This document shows, one piece after another, positions 36,199 to 48,445 of a stretch of 64,000 nt of DNA. Source of the stretch: Azolla caroliniana (taxonomy: Eukaryota; Plantae; Polypodiophyta). Position 1 is the stretch's first letter. Each line of letters starts with the position of its first letter. Where the stretch lies: contig JBHGNT010000008.1 in the NCBI GenBank assembly GCA_043228905.1, positions 12,586,001-12,650,000 on the forward strand, in the 5' to 3' direction. The notes beneath the pieces are model-generated. The model was not told where the DNA came from. It did no database searches and saw only the letters and a program-made list of their open reading frames with translations. The position numbers and the translations under genes are program-made.

Positions 36199-36996
36199 AC
36201 GGGCTTCTAATGGACGTATTCACACCGTCTCCTTTTGTACACGCTAGGTTTAGGCTATTTATGTAATTAGTGAGAAGGGTAGTTGCCCTAAGTCAGTCAG
36301 TATATATAAACTGAGTTTGTAACCTAGTTAAATGGAGGTGCTTTAAGTTGAAATATACTCTTGACACTGTGCCCAACGGTCTCTATCTCTTGTGTACCAG
36401 TTGTATTGTTTGTCTATGCTGCCATCAAATTTACGATCTTGCATTCTTTCTCGATCTTATCCCAGAAGAGTGTTGATCTTGTTTCACATTAGATGATGTT
36501 GATCCCAACATTTGGTATCAAAGCTTGGTATTGTTTGATTCTGTTGCCGCCATCTATCTAACCTCCATCAGCAACTCTTTTGTTGTACACCTTGAAGATC
36601 TCTGTAAAAAGTAACGTGTGGAAGCAAGTATGAAGACCGAACAGAAGAAAGAAAACTCAGGTTTAATGGAGAGCTTGAGCTTACGCAGTATACACGGGAG
36701 AGACAGAGAGAGTGAGAGAAAACACAAGAACTATATTCAACAAAAAATACTCGATTCACTACTCTATACATATGTGTGTTCCATGAACACTTTTATACAA
36801 GTCCTCGAAGGACTGACCGAAGTACTGACCATACTTCAATGCTCTTTAAGAGATCCTACACTAACTTCCAAATATATTCCTCACGGAATATCTTTCCTAA
36901 CGGCCTCCCGGTTTACGCACTCGGCCTAACCGATCGGTCCCAACCGATCGGGTTCTCGGCTTCTTCAGCCGATCCGGCCGATGTTGAGCTTGTCTC

Positions 36997-39128
36997 TCAA
37001 CACTCCCCCTCAAGCTCAACTCGAGGCTCTTCGGGATCCTCGGGCTCACAGCTCCGGTTCCTCTTGGCTTCACGCCTCGCTCGCGCTCCTCGACCTGTTC
37101 GACTCCGCGCGCTTCGACCCTTCTGGTCGGCTTGTCTGCTCATGCGGCCCTTATCAGCTCTTCTGCTATTGCGGTGTTGATGCTTCTCCTGCTACCTTTT
37201 CTTCCGCTTGGGCCTCGGTTGATTCAGCGTATCTGAATCAAACATCTGAACCGACTCGGCTACCTCCGATCGGTTTTCGTTCCCGTCCGAGTTGGCTGTC
37301 TCCAACTCGTCTTCGGTCTTCTCGCCCTTGGTAGCGTCATCTTCCCCATGCGTGGTTGGCTTCGGCTCTCTCCTTCGGCTGCTCCCCTTCTGTCCGCTTC
37401 CGGTCTTTTTCGCGGGTCCACCCTCAGCTTCTTCAGCCGATCCGAAGTCGAACTCGACAACCGAGTCAATCGACTCGGGGTCGCGATCTCCGCTCCTTTC
37501 CTGCTGCCTTGCTTGGTCATTCGGGATTGTTCTCCCCCTCAATTTTGGCACGTCGAGGTGACGCAATCCGAGCGCACCTGAGAATTGCCGCAACTTGTCC
37601 AGACCAAGGGGCTTAGTGAAGATGTCGGTAGTCTGCCGATCTGTCGAAACGTACTGAAGTTCGACTTCACCGGAAAGGACACGCTCATGGACGAAATGGT
37701 AGTGCACCTCAATGTGCTTGGTCCGTGCGTGGAAAACGGGGTTTTTCGCGAGCTGGATGCTACTGAGGTTGTCGGAGTAGATCGTCGTCGGATCTGACAC
37801 CTCCTCTTGTAGGTCCTTAAGTAGCCGCTTCAAGCATATGGCTTCGCATGTCGCGACAGCCGCTCCTCGATACTCAGCTTCGGTGCTCGACAGTGCAACT
37901 ATCGGCTGCTTCTTACTGCTCCACGCGATCGCGACACTCCTGAGGGAGAACGTGTATCCGGATGTGGATCGGCGATCGGCGGCGTTGCCAGCCCAATCAG
38001 CATCGGTGTAGCCGACTAACTGTGCGGCTGCACCGGTCCAATATAGCAGTCCCCGGTCCTTAGTGTCGTTGACATACCGAAATATGCATTGCGCACACTA
38101 AAGGTGCTCCTCGGTAGGTCATGCCATGAACTGACTGATCACTCTGACCAGATAACTGAGGTCGGGTCGGGTCATGGTCAAGTATATGAGGCTTCCGACA
38201 ATTTGTCGGAACCTCGTCGGGTCGCATACCTTTCCCGTATCGGGACGAAGCTTGACGGTTCTGTCCAGAGGAGTCGAGACTGACTTACAGTCGGCCATCC
38301 CGAATTTGAAGAGCATACTCAGCACGTAGTGACGCTGGCTGATCAATATGCCTTCGGGGGTACGGATCACTTCGATCCCGAGGAAGTAATGAAGGTCCCC
38401 CAGATCCTTCATGTCGAACGATGCCGCAAGCTGGAGCTTCACGCGGTCGATTTCACGTAGGTCGGCGCTGGTGATGACCAAGTCATCAACATATAGTAAA
38501 ATACTAACTTGTCCGAGTCGACCTTTCCTGATGAACAGGGAAGAGTTCGATTTTGACGTGATGAAGCCAATCCGACGCAGTTGTTGCGTGATCTTCGCGT
38601 TCCAGGCACGCGGGGCTTGCTTCAGTCCGTAAAGGAACTTCTTCAGTCGGCATACTGCCGAGGAGTTCGTGCCAGAGTGAAATCCGGGGGGCTGTACCAT
38701 GTACACCTGTTCCTCAAGGTCACCTTGCAGGAACGCATTCTTTACATCCATCTGATGTAAGTGCCACCCCTTCACCGCAACTACTACGAGCAGAACACGG
38801 ACGATCGTCATTTTCGCGACCGGCGCAAACGTCTCATCGTAGTCGATGCCGTGTTTCTGCGCGTAGCCCTTTGCCACTAACCGAGCCTTGTACGGGTTGA
38901 CCGAGCCATCGGTGTTGTACTTGACCTTGTACACCCACCTACACCCGATCGGTTTTACCCCTCTTGGTGCGTCAACCAGGTCCCAGGTCTCGTTCTCCGC
39001 CAATGCGTGCTTCTCTTCCTCCATCGCGGCACGCCAATTCGCGTCTTTAGCCGCTTCTGCGTAGCTCTCCGGCTCACGCACTTCCGCTACACGGGTCATG
39101 TACGCATAATGATGCGCCATGTACTCGT
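36997..39128 (-). pseudogene. pol: Copia B2 RT-RNase H and C-terminal extension
   Basis: ORFs 38119-39147 and 37192-37833 are near-identical to B1 RT/RH. Confidence 0.92.
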
Positions 39129-39579
39129 TGTCGTGAAGATCCGTCACTACGCGCGGATCATGAGGTGAAACCGCCGGGGTTCTGGACCAAAAGGATTCAA
39201 AGTCGGTACAAGCTTTGGCGAGAAAGTACTTAAGATAGATTGGGAAAGAGAGAAGTTGAGATTAAACGATTGAGAGATATTGATTGAACTTTTATCTTTG
39301 GATTTAAGAAACAAGTTACACCATCAATTTGATAACGAATTTCTTCTTCTTAATTTCATAATAAAAAAAACGTCCTTTTTTCTCCTCCCCCTTCCTTCTT
39401 TTATAGATGCTCTCATGCATATGATGCATGTGAGGGTACAAGAGATGCATAAATTGCATGTTTGCCATTTGGCGCTTATGTATTACATGTGGTGCATGAT
39501 AACCATGTCACTCATTTTAGCTCTCATGTATGAGAATTTACATGTAAAAGTACAATGATAGAAATATAAATTCAACTAA

Positions 39580-39650
39580 ATAGCATGGCTTAATGGTAAG
39601 CCAATTGACTCCTAACTTGGAGGTGCAAGGTTCAAATCCTTACTTGCCCT
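39580..39650 (+). promoter_or_regulatory. tRNA-like module in G LTR (best-preserved arms)
   Basis: TGGCTTAATGG with D-stem gctt/aagc; ccaa/ttgg middle stem; T-arm caagg TTCAAAT cctt. Confidence 0.78.
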
Positions 39651-39704
39651 CCTTGTATATGTATATATATTTATATATTTATTTATCTAATCGCCGGTCG
39701 TCGG

Positions 39705-39955
39705 TTCGTCGGATGCCGCCGGATACTGGTGCCGCCATCGGATGCCGTCGGTTACCGGTGCCTCGCCGGATGCCATCGCCAGATACCGGTGCCGCCGTCG
39801 GATGCCGTCGGTTACCGGTGCCTCGCCAGATGCTGTCGCCGGATATCGGTGCCGCCACCGGATGCTGTCGATTACCGGTGCCTCGCCGGATGCCGTCGGT
39901 TACTGGTGCCGGATGCCGTCACCGGATTGCCGTCGGATTACCGGCTCTATCGTCG
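39705..39955. repeat. GC-rich 60-bp tandem repeat (about 3.5 units) inside G LTR
   Basis: Blocks 39721-39780, 39781-39840 and 39841-39900 align in register. Confidence 0.93.
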
Positions 39956-42330
39956 GTCTGGTTTTGGTTGGCCAAAACCCTTTACAAGTAGCTAGCCCAC
40001 CTCCACTCTTAGTTCAAGTTACCTTGAACTCTCTATGCTCCACACATAGACACAAAGATAATATCTTTTGTTCCACCTTATATATGATGAGAGCCGTATT
40101 TGTCGTGCCTATGTGGGATATCTCACAATTTTCTCTTTTCCTTTCACAAACTTTATACCCTCATATCTTGACATTTAGTTGTCCGTTTCTCGTGTAATAA
40201 AGTGCATTCGAAACCTCCATCATTTTGTACTTAGATATTAAATTTATTTAAAATGTTATCTTCACAATTATTGTTTATGTGATTTATACTTGATTTTGTA
40301 TGTTTTATGGGATTTTCACACTATTGCCGAAAATCTTCACGACATCCACCCCCACCAAACCGCACGTCCTCTGGTACGTGCCAAGAAAAGAGAAAGTGAG
40401 ATTTCGGCTACGATGATCAATTAGATTCCTCCATGTCTTCATTTTCATCCGCCTTGTTATGTTCATCGTCGAGGTAATCGAGGTCAGGATCCTTGTCTTG
40501 TCTTTTCTTTAAAATCTTTACTCTTTTTCTTGCAATGGGTACGGCTAACCTTGATCCGTCTAGTTCCGCAAGGTGGTATGTGGCATTATCGTTGGCACTT
40601 GTCACCACATACGGCCCGAACCATCTTCTTGTGAACTTCCTTGTTGTACTGTGTTGATTGTCAAGAGTGCCGTCGTAAACCAAAATCCAATCCCCTTCTT
40701 CAATCTTCTTGGGACGAAGTCGATGCGTGTTGTCGAACCGAACCTTGTTCTTTACTCGGGCTGCCTTCATCATCTTTCGCGCTTTTTCTAAATCTTCAGG
40801 TCTTCTTTCAAGTTTCCTTATCCATGCTGCTAATAACTCTTCTCGGCTCATCTCGTTCTCCCACGGTATCGCTACCCATGAGGTGATCGTCCTTTCGATG
40901 GGCATAATCGACTTTTGTCCATACATAAGCTCCGTCGGCATATACCCTGTCACCGAGCTATGTGTCGTTCTATCGGCCCACAAGGCATAGGGTAATAGTC
41001 GTGGCCAATTCCCGACTCGACCGTTGCATGCCCGTACGATGGCTTTAACGATAGGTCCATGCCCTTGCTCGATCTTCCCATTTGCTTCCGCATTGTAGGC
41101 AATCGTGAGGGAGAGCTTCACTCCTAGTCTTTCGAAGAGCTCCGTCACTTCGTGTGCGTCCAACTCCCCTCGGTCGGCCACTATCTTCCCTACACATCCA
41201 TATCGGCAAACAACATCTTCAAGTAGAAATTTGCAAACGGTTGAAGTCATCTTATTTGTCAAGGCTCGTCCTTCCACTTGATTTGTCAAGTCTTCCCTTG
41301 CCAACGCTAAGTACTTCATTTGTCCCACTCCCATTGGCATCGAGACCAGATCCACCATCCATTTGAAGTGTATGGTGAGTGGTTATGTAGGCTTTAACTC
41401 ATCACGATGACGTATATTTAAATATACTTGGCAAGTTTCGCATGTGGACATGAAATGGAGTACATCTTTGTACATGCTTGGCCACTAGTACTTCTCCTTC
41501 AACTTTTCGAATGTCGCTCATGTTCCTCTATGACTTGCCCAAGCACTCTCGTGGAATTCGGTCATCAGCATCTCTTGCTCTTCTTTCTTTACCACCACTC
41601 GACGTGGTATTCCTGTCCTTCTTTTTGGATGTCGCCAAAGGAATCCTCCCTTCAAGAAGTATCGGTAAGCTTTCTTTCGGATTCGTAGGGCCTCCTCCTT
41701 TGTCAACGAAGCATCTGTCGTCAATGTTCTTAGGAATCTACCGATGAGTAACCACTCTCCTTCGTACTCATTCTCGTTGAAGGCGTGGAGGGTTTGCGTG
41801 TCCTGGTCTTCCACCGACAATTGAGCCATCTTGAAGAAGTCGAGGGCGACATCTTCATCTTCCGAAACCATGTTACTTCCATTTGAAAATCTTGCCCTGG
41901 ACAGCATGTCAGCCATGGCGTTCTTCTTCCCTGCAATGTGACGGATCTCTGGGTTTAAAGACTTGATGTAGGCAATCAACCTTAGCATAGCAAGATCTGG
42001 GGTCGCACATCCCGAGACCATTCCGAAAATTGGGAGACAATCTGTCTCTATTATCACTTCTGACCCGATCAGGTAATCTTTGTCCGTCTTCACTGCCGAC
42101 ACAATACCCCAAAGTTCCCGCTTGACTTGGGCATATCTTTATTGCCGTTCGCTGAGAACCTTTGCTCCGAACCGGACGGCATATCGCACATTATCTTCAC
42201 CTTCTTGATTGATGACCCACCCGATTCCGGTTGGGCTCGTATCTACGGTCACGTAAATTGGTTTCCCTTCGGCATAGTCGGCCTTCCTTAATGCTGGAGC
42301 TTCAAGAAGCAGTTTCTTTAATCTTTGCAT

Positions 42331-44287
42331 CGGCCTAGTAGAACTTGGGCAAGCTCTTCTCCTCCAGCATTGCCCGTGCCGCTACCACAATTGACCGATT
42401 CTTCCTCTAGGCCACGCCGTTCTGCTCCGGCGTGTATATACAACTGAATTCGCGTCGAATTCCCATTTGTTGTAGATAACCGTTGAATTGACCGGAAAAG
42501 TACTCTTTCCCGCCATCCGACCGTAGGCACTTGATCTTTCGTCCCGTTTCCGTTTCCACGAACCCTTTGAGGTCCCGGAAACAGTCGAAGACTTTGCTCT
42601 TCCTCTCAATGAGGTAGATCCACGTGTGCCGCATGTGATCGTCGATAAAGGAGACGAAATATCGGCTCCCGCCAAGACTAACGTTTTGTGCCGGCCCCCA
42701 TACATCGGAGTGTATAAGGTCGAGCTTGTTCCGGCTCCGGTTTCGCTCATTGGGGAAAGGAAGTTGGTGTTGCTTCCTAAGCTGGCAGGCTTCACAAATT
42801 TGTGCCTTTCGGCCACTAAATTTGGGCAATCCGAACACTACCTGTTTCGATTGCAAATCTTGAAGCCGCTGGTAGTTGACGTGGCCTATCCGCTTCTGCC
42901 ACAAGTCGATGTCCGACTCGGATTTTTGTCCCTTCGCGAACATTGCGGTGCCGTCGTCAGTGGAGTCGAGGATGAACATCCTCCCGTCTCTGCACCCTTG
43001 CGCAAACACACGGCCTTCTTCCTCAATGAAGCACCCGAGGTGTGTAAACCGAACCTCTATCCCTTGGTCGACGATCTGTCCGACCGAGACCAAGTTCTTC
43101 GTGATTGTCGGAACGTGCAACACGTTCATGAGTTTCCCTTTCTCCCCGACATGGCTAAGGGGAACTTCTCCGACATTCGCGATCGGATGTGGAGTGTCTT
43201 CTCCAGTTGCGACTACTCCAGGTTGTATCGGTTTTTTAAGGTACGAGAACCACTCCTTATGGCTCGTCATGTGGTTTGACGCGCCGGAGTCTACGTACCA
43301 CACCTCGTCCGATCTCGGGGTGGTCCGTTTCATTGAGTTTGCTTCGTGTCTCGTCACGAAGGCAGACCCTTCTCCGACTCTCCTGGAGTCTTCGACGTAG
43401 TGCGATCGCTGCCGATTTCCCTTGTCGGTATGTCCGGAACCGGTTCTCTCCGAATCGGCGCGCTTCTTCCAGCACTCACTTTCCCTGTGGCCTTTCTTGC
43501 CACAGTACCAGCACTCTGCGATGGCCTTCCCTTGCCGGTTCTCATCGCTTCGACTCCCCCTATTTCCGGAGGGTCCGGAGTTGCTGTCGGCATCACTTCG
43601 GTGCCTTCTTCCTTGATCTCTTCGGCCGCCTCCATTGCGCACCGACTCGCCTCGTCCTCCACGTCCACGGGGCCTATCTCCCTCCGTGTACAACATTCTG
43701 TTGTCGATGTGCGTGCTTGTAGACGCACCCGCGTGGTTCTCCTCTACCAGGAGCATTGACTGTAAGTCGAAAAAGGACGGCGTATTCTCCCGGGTACACA
43801 CAACCGTCCGGAACGCTCCGAATTTTGACGCCAAACCTCTGAGACAGATCTGGACCATCTCGCTCTCCTCGATGTTCACCTCTATGGAGGCGAGGGAGTC
43901 GCAGATATCCTTGATCTTCGAGGTATAGTCCGCCACCGACATGTCGCGTTTTCATAGGTTGCTCAACTCCTATCGGAGCTGAAGCTTCCTAGCTGTGGTG
44001 CTCGCGGTGAAAATCTTCTTCAGATTTTCCCACGCACCCTTCGGCGTCTTTGCATCCCGAACATAGCTCAATAGTTGTTCGCCCACACACGACGCGAAGC
44101 AGTATAATACCCTGCTCGCCGATTGCTCCTACGATGGGAAATCTCTGTGTGTCGATTCGGGTGCCGTGTCCTTAGCTCCTTCAACATAACTCCAGTAGCC
44201 GTGCCCGAGCAGGTACTGGTGCATCTTGTAAGACCAAGACGCGTAGTTGGTTCTGTCGAGCTTCTCTGTTGGAAGCGAGCTCGCCAT
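42331..44287 (-). pseudogene. gag-pol: Copia B2 gag-protease-integrase
   Basis: MASSLPTEKLDRTNYASW start at about 44287; CWYCGKKGHRESEC; VDSGAS; ORF 42407-43942. Confidence 0.92.
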
Positions 44288-47200
44288 GACTCTATCTATC
44301 GTTCTTCTTGTTCTTCTTCGGCAAGCTATGTCGGCTGCAGAGAGGTTCTCAACCCTCGCGCTCTGATACCATGTAAAAAGTAATGTGCGGAAGTTAGTAT
44401 GAAGATCGAACAGAAGAAAGAAAACTCAGGTTTAATGGAGAGCTTGAGCTTACGCAGTATACGCGGGAGAGACAGAGAGAGTGAGAGAAAACACAAGAAC
44501 TATATTCAACAAAAAATACTCGATTCACTACTCTATACATATGTGTGTTCCATGAACACTTTTATACAAGTCCTCGAAGGATTGACCGAAGTACTGACCG
44601 TACTTCAATGCTCTTTAAGGGTTCTTACACTAACTCCCAAATATATTCCTCACGGAATATCTTTCCTAACGGCCTCCCGGTTTACGCACTCGGCCTAACC
44701 GATCGGTCCCAACCAATCCGGTCCTCGGCTTCTTCAGCCGATCTGGCCGATGTTGAGCTTGTCTCTCAACAATCTCGATTCGCAACCCCTCTTGAAATTA
44801 CATTTGACGAAGAGAGACAACCGAAGGTCTACACTCCACTGTTTGAAATCACCCTTGAAGTAAGTTAGTCAATTGTACTTCGACTCTGTGATTGTCGTCG
44901 CTCGGAGTGAGACCCTTCTCTTGATCAGGCCACATCCGTGCCTCACTCGGTTAGGCAGAAATCGAATTGTTCATATGACACTATCTTCTCACTTGTCATA
45001 ACCACTCGAAATAAACACGACTCCAGGGGAAACTCAAATCTGTGTTTCATTTGGTTGAACGACATTCGGGAGGACCAACAAGCTCTGTCCCTCTCATCGT
45101 TGCAATTACCCGAAATAGGATTGGCCTGGAAAATTGCACATAATCCGTGTTGGGAAATCTCGGAAGATCGACATTCGAAATCTAACAATCAAATCCGGGT
45201 TCAATTGGACTAAGTCAGTTGATTGTAGTCACTCCGAACAAGATTCATCTATATTAGAAACCAACACGACTTGTGTCCAGCTCCAGCTAGAATGACATCA
45301 AGTGAGCTTGGCTGCTCCACTCCACCATAGTTCGTAGCTGACTTCGGACAAGGCCTACTTAACCAACATAGATGGCATCAACATCTGGCTCATCAGAGAT
45401 GAGTCTAAGGAAGTTCGACGGATCGAATTTCAACTTCTGGAAGGAGTAGATGCAAGACTATTTAATAGTCAAGGGGCAAATTGACCCCATTGAGAATGAA
45501 GACCCTCCAGAAGGATACAAGCCTCTGGAATGGGAAAAGCTCGACAGAATTGTCCGAGCCACCATTCGGATGCACCTATCAAAGTCTGTGTACTTCATGG
45601 TGCAATTGTGTTCGACTGCCTTGCAACTACGAAAAGATGGTCGCCGCCACCAAGATATACTTGATTCGGCGTCTTTATAACCTTCGGATGAAAGAGTTTG
45701 ACTCGGTCCAGGCACACCTAAACAAGTATGAAAGCTTAAACTCCCAAATTGGAGCTCAGGGGACGATCATTGAGGATGAACTAAAAGCAATGCTGCTTAT
45801 GAGTAGTCTCCCTTCCTCGTGGGAAACTTTCGTCACAACCGTGTGCAATGCGTCAACCACGACCGTCAAGTACTCTTCAATCACGAGTGCAATTCTGACT
45901 GAAGCGGCTCGGAGAAAATCGTTTGCTAATGATTCAACCAACAACGCTTACATAGTACAAGGTTCGACTGACCGATCGAACAACCGTGGAAGAAGTTCTT
46001 CACGACAACCGAACAATAAGTGAAGTCGGAGCAAGTCCCGGGATAATCGAGTCTGCAACTACTACAAGAAACCCACCCGGACACATCAAAGCTGATTGTC
46101 GTGCACTCAAGGCCAAAAACAATAAGGCTTAGCGAGCCGAGCAGAAGAATGGCCCAAACGAGGAGATCAACTACATCGGCTCTTCGGCCGAATTATTGAT
46201 AAACGACCCGAATATACTATCAATTGAGAACCTAGTCGAATCAGAAGTTCTGCTTACGATTGAAGAATCGAGCACAAGGCTCTTAGATTCGGGTGCATCC
46301 TTTCATGTGACTCCTCATCGATCCCAATTTCGGCAATACACGACCCAACATTCTGACTCAGTTTGGGTAGGAAATTCACAATATTGCGACATAATTGGAA
46401 TCGGCACGATAGAACTCAACCTTCCGGGTGGCTCTACATTAGTATTACGCAATGTCCACATGTACTTGAGCTCTCACGACCACTGATCTCAGTTGGACAA
46501 TTGGATGAAGACGGCATCCGTGCCAGCTTCTCATCAGGAGGGTGGACGCTCCACAGAGGGAACCTCCTGCTTGCTCGAGGACCGAAGATACACTCATTGT
46601 ATCCTTTGCACGTCACACTCAGAGAGGGTGACCTCATTTTAGTTGACATTCCCGTGTCATCACTCTGGCATGGACAACTAGGACACCTCAGCAAGGCCAA
46701 CATCATGCACTTATCTAGAGCTAGATACATCCCCAAAATCTACCTCTCAGATCACCAGTTATGCGAGCATTACCAATACGGCAAGTAGACAACCGTAACA
46801 CACCCTTCATCTGCCCCGAGAGAATCGAGTCTGCTCGATTTGGTTCACTCGGACGTATGGGGTCCTATGCCACACCAATCCCTCAGCGGCGCTCTATATT
46901 TCATCAACTTCATTGACGACTCAACTCGGAAGGTGTGGGCTTATCCGATCAACACCAAAGATCATGTTTTCTATATCTTTCCCAATTGGCTCGCCATGGT
47001 TAAGAATCAGTCTGGCCGACAACTGAAAAGCTTTCGGTCCGATAAAGGGGGAGAGTTCAAATCAGAGGAATTCGTCAAATTTTGCCGACAACGTGGCATA
47101 CGACGTGAATTTACAGCACCTCATAGGCCGGAGATAAATGGAATTTCCGAGCAAATGAATCGAACAATTCAAGAACGGCTAGTTTCCATGCTTTGACACT

Positions 47201-48369
47201 CTGGACTTTCGGATGGCTTCTGGGCAGAGGCCCTACTTACGGCAATACACTTAGTCAATATGTCACCGAGTAGGCCTCTAAGACTTTCGATACCTCAGGA
47301 ATTATGGACCGGCAATAGGCTGAATTACAACAAGTTGAGGATTTTTGGATGTGAGGTGTATGCCCTCATCCCGAAAGATGATCGCCGGAAACTTGCACCA
47401 CGGTCTAGGAAATGTATTTTCCTCAGTTGTGGACTAGATGACGAAATGGGATACCGACCTTGGGACCTCGAACACAGATAGATTGTTTGAAGTCCGTCGT
47501 GGTCAATGAGTCAGCCATGCATCAATCGATCAAAAAGCCCATCAAAGTCCGAAGGGTAACTTTTTCCTATGTGCCAACCCTTCCTGAAGGCCCAACGCAC
47601 AACACACGGTCAACTTCACGGGTAGCTAAACCTTCAAATACCGACTCGGCGCAGCCGAACGATTCGGCTTTGGACCATCCGACCATGACATCCGATGTGA
47701 CTAGTCCAGTCATACCTCGAAGATCAGAGAGACTGTCGCAACCCTCGGAGAGATACTCTCCTGGTATCTTCTTTACGGACGCCGGAGAACCGACGTACAA
47801 AGAAGCATCGAGGTCAGCCGATTCGGCCACCTGGCATCTGGCGATGGAGTCCAAAATGAACTCCATTCACGCAAACAAGACTTGGGACCTCGTCGAATTA
47901 CCGAAAAATCGACGTGCTCTTTCATGTAAGTGGGTCTATCGAGTTAAGGAGACGATTGATTCGGCCAACCCAAAATTCAAAGCCAGATTAGTAGCAAAGG
48001 GTTTTCGACAGAAACACGGCGTCGATTTCGACAAATTTTTTTCTCCAGTGGTGAAAATGACCACCCTTCGCTTTATGCTCAGTGTAGTGGTAGCCGGAAA
48101 TTTGGAGCTGATTCAAGTAGATTTCAAAACGACTTTCCGCCATGGTGATCTTGAGGAGGAAATTTATATCGAGCAGCCAAAAGGCTTTGTGGCATCTGGC
48201 CAAGAACATCTAGTCTGCCGACTCAGGAAGAGTCTTTACGGTGTCATGAAGATTTTCGGCAACTGTGTGAAAATTGTGTGGAACAAACAAAATCGAGAAA
48301 GTATAATGAGCACTCAAACATTTGTAAATAAAATAAGACTAAAGCCTAGTAACCTTTGAGTCCATACAA

Positions 48370-48445
48370 AGGGGTGCAAGAAAGGCTTTGAACCTTCTAC
48401 CTCCATGATAAGAGGCAAATTAACTTACCACTAAACCCACTACTA
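48370..48445 (-). promoter_or_regulatory. tRNA-like module in H LTR (second copy 51415-51487)
   Basis: GGGTTTAGTGGTAAG..33 nt..GGTTCAAAGCC; the 3' LTR copy has tggaggtgcaaggttc as in G and gag-only LTRs. Confidence 0.65.

Larger units (their letters stand above)
39129..42330 (-). mobile_element. Gypsy G: 3' LTR plus RH-INT, 5' half deleted
   Basis: LTR 39129-40344 with 12-bp TIR TGTCGTGAAGAT/ATCTTCACGACA; PPT 40345-40356; integrase ORF 40417-41358; RH 41518-42330. Confidence 0.93.
36603..44771 (-). mobile_element. Copia B2 (same family as B1) with both LTRs, interrupted by Gypsy G
   Basis: 400-bp LTRs 44372-44771 (5') and 36603-37002 (3'); TSD ATCTC; PBS tggtatcagagc 44360-44371; PPT 37003-37011. 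Confidence 0.96.

Noticed and set aside
39705-39955. CRISPR-like array
   Set aside because: Contiguous tandem units with no unique spacers, inside a eukaryotic LTR.
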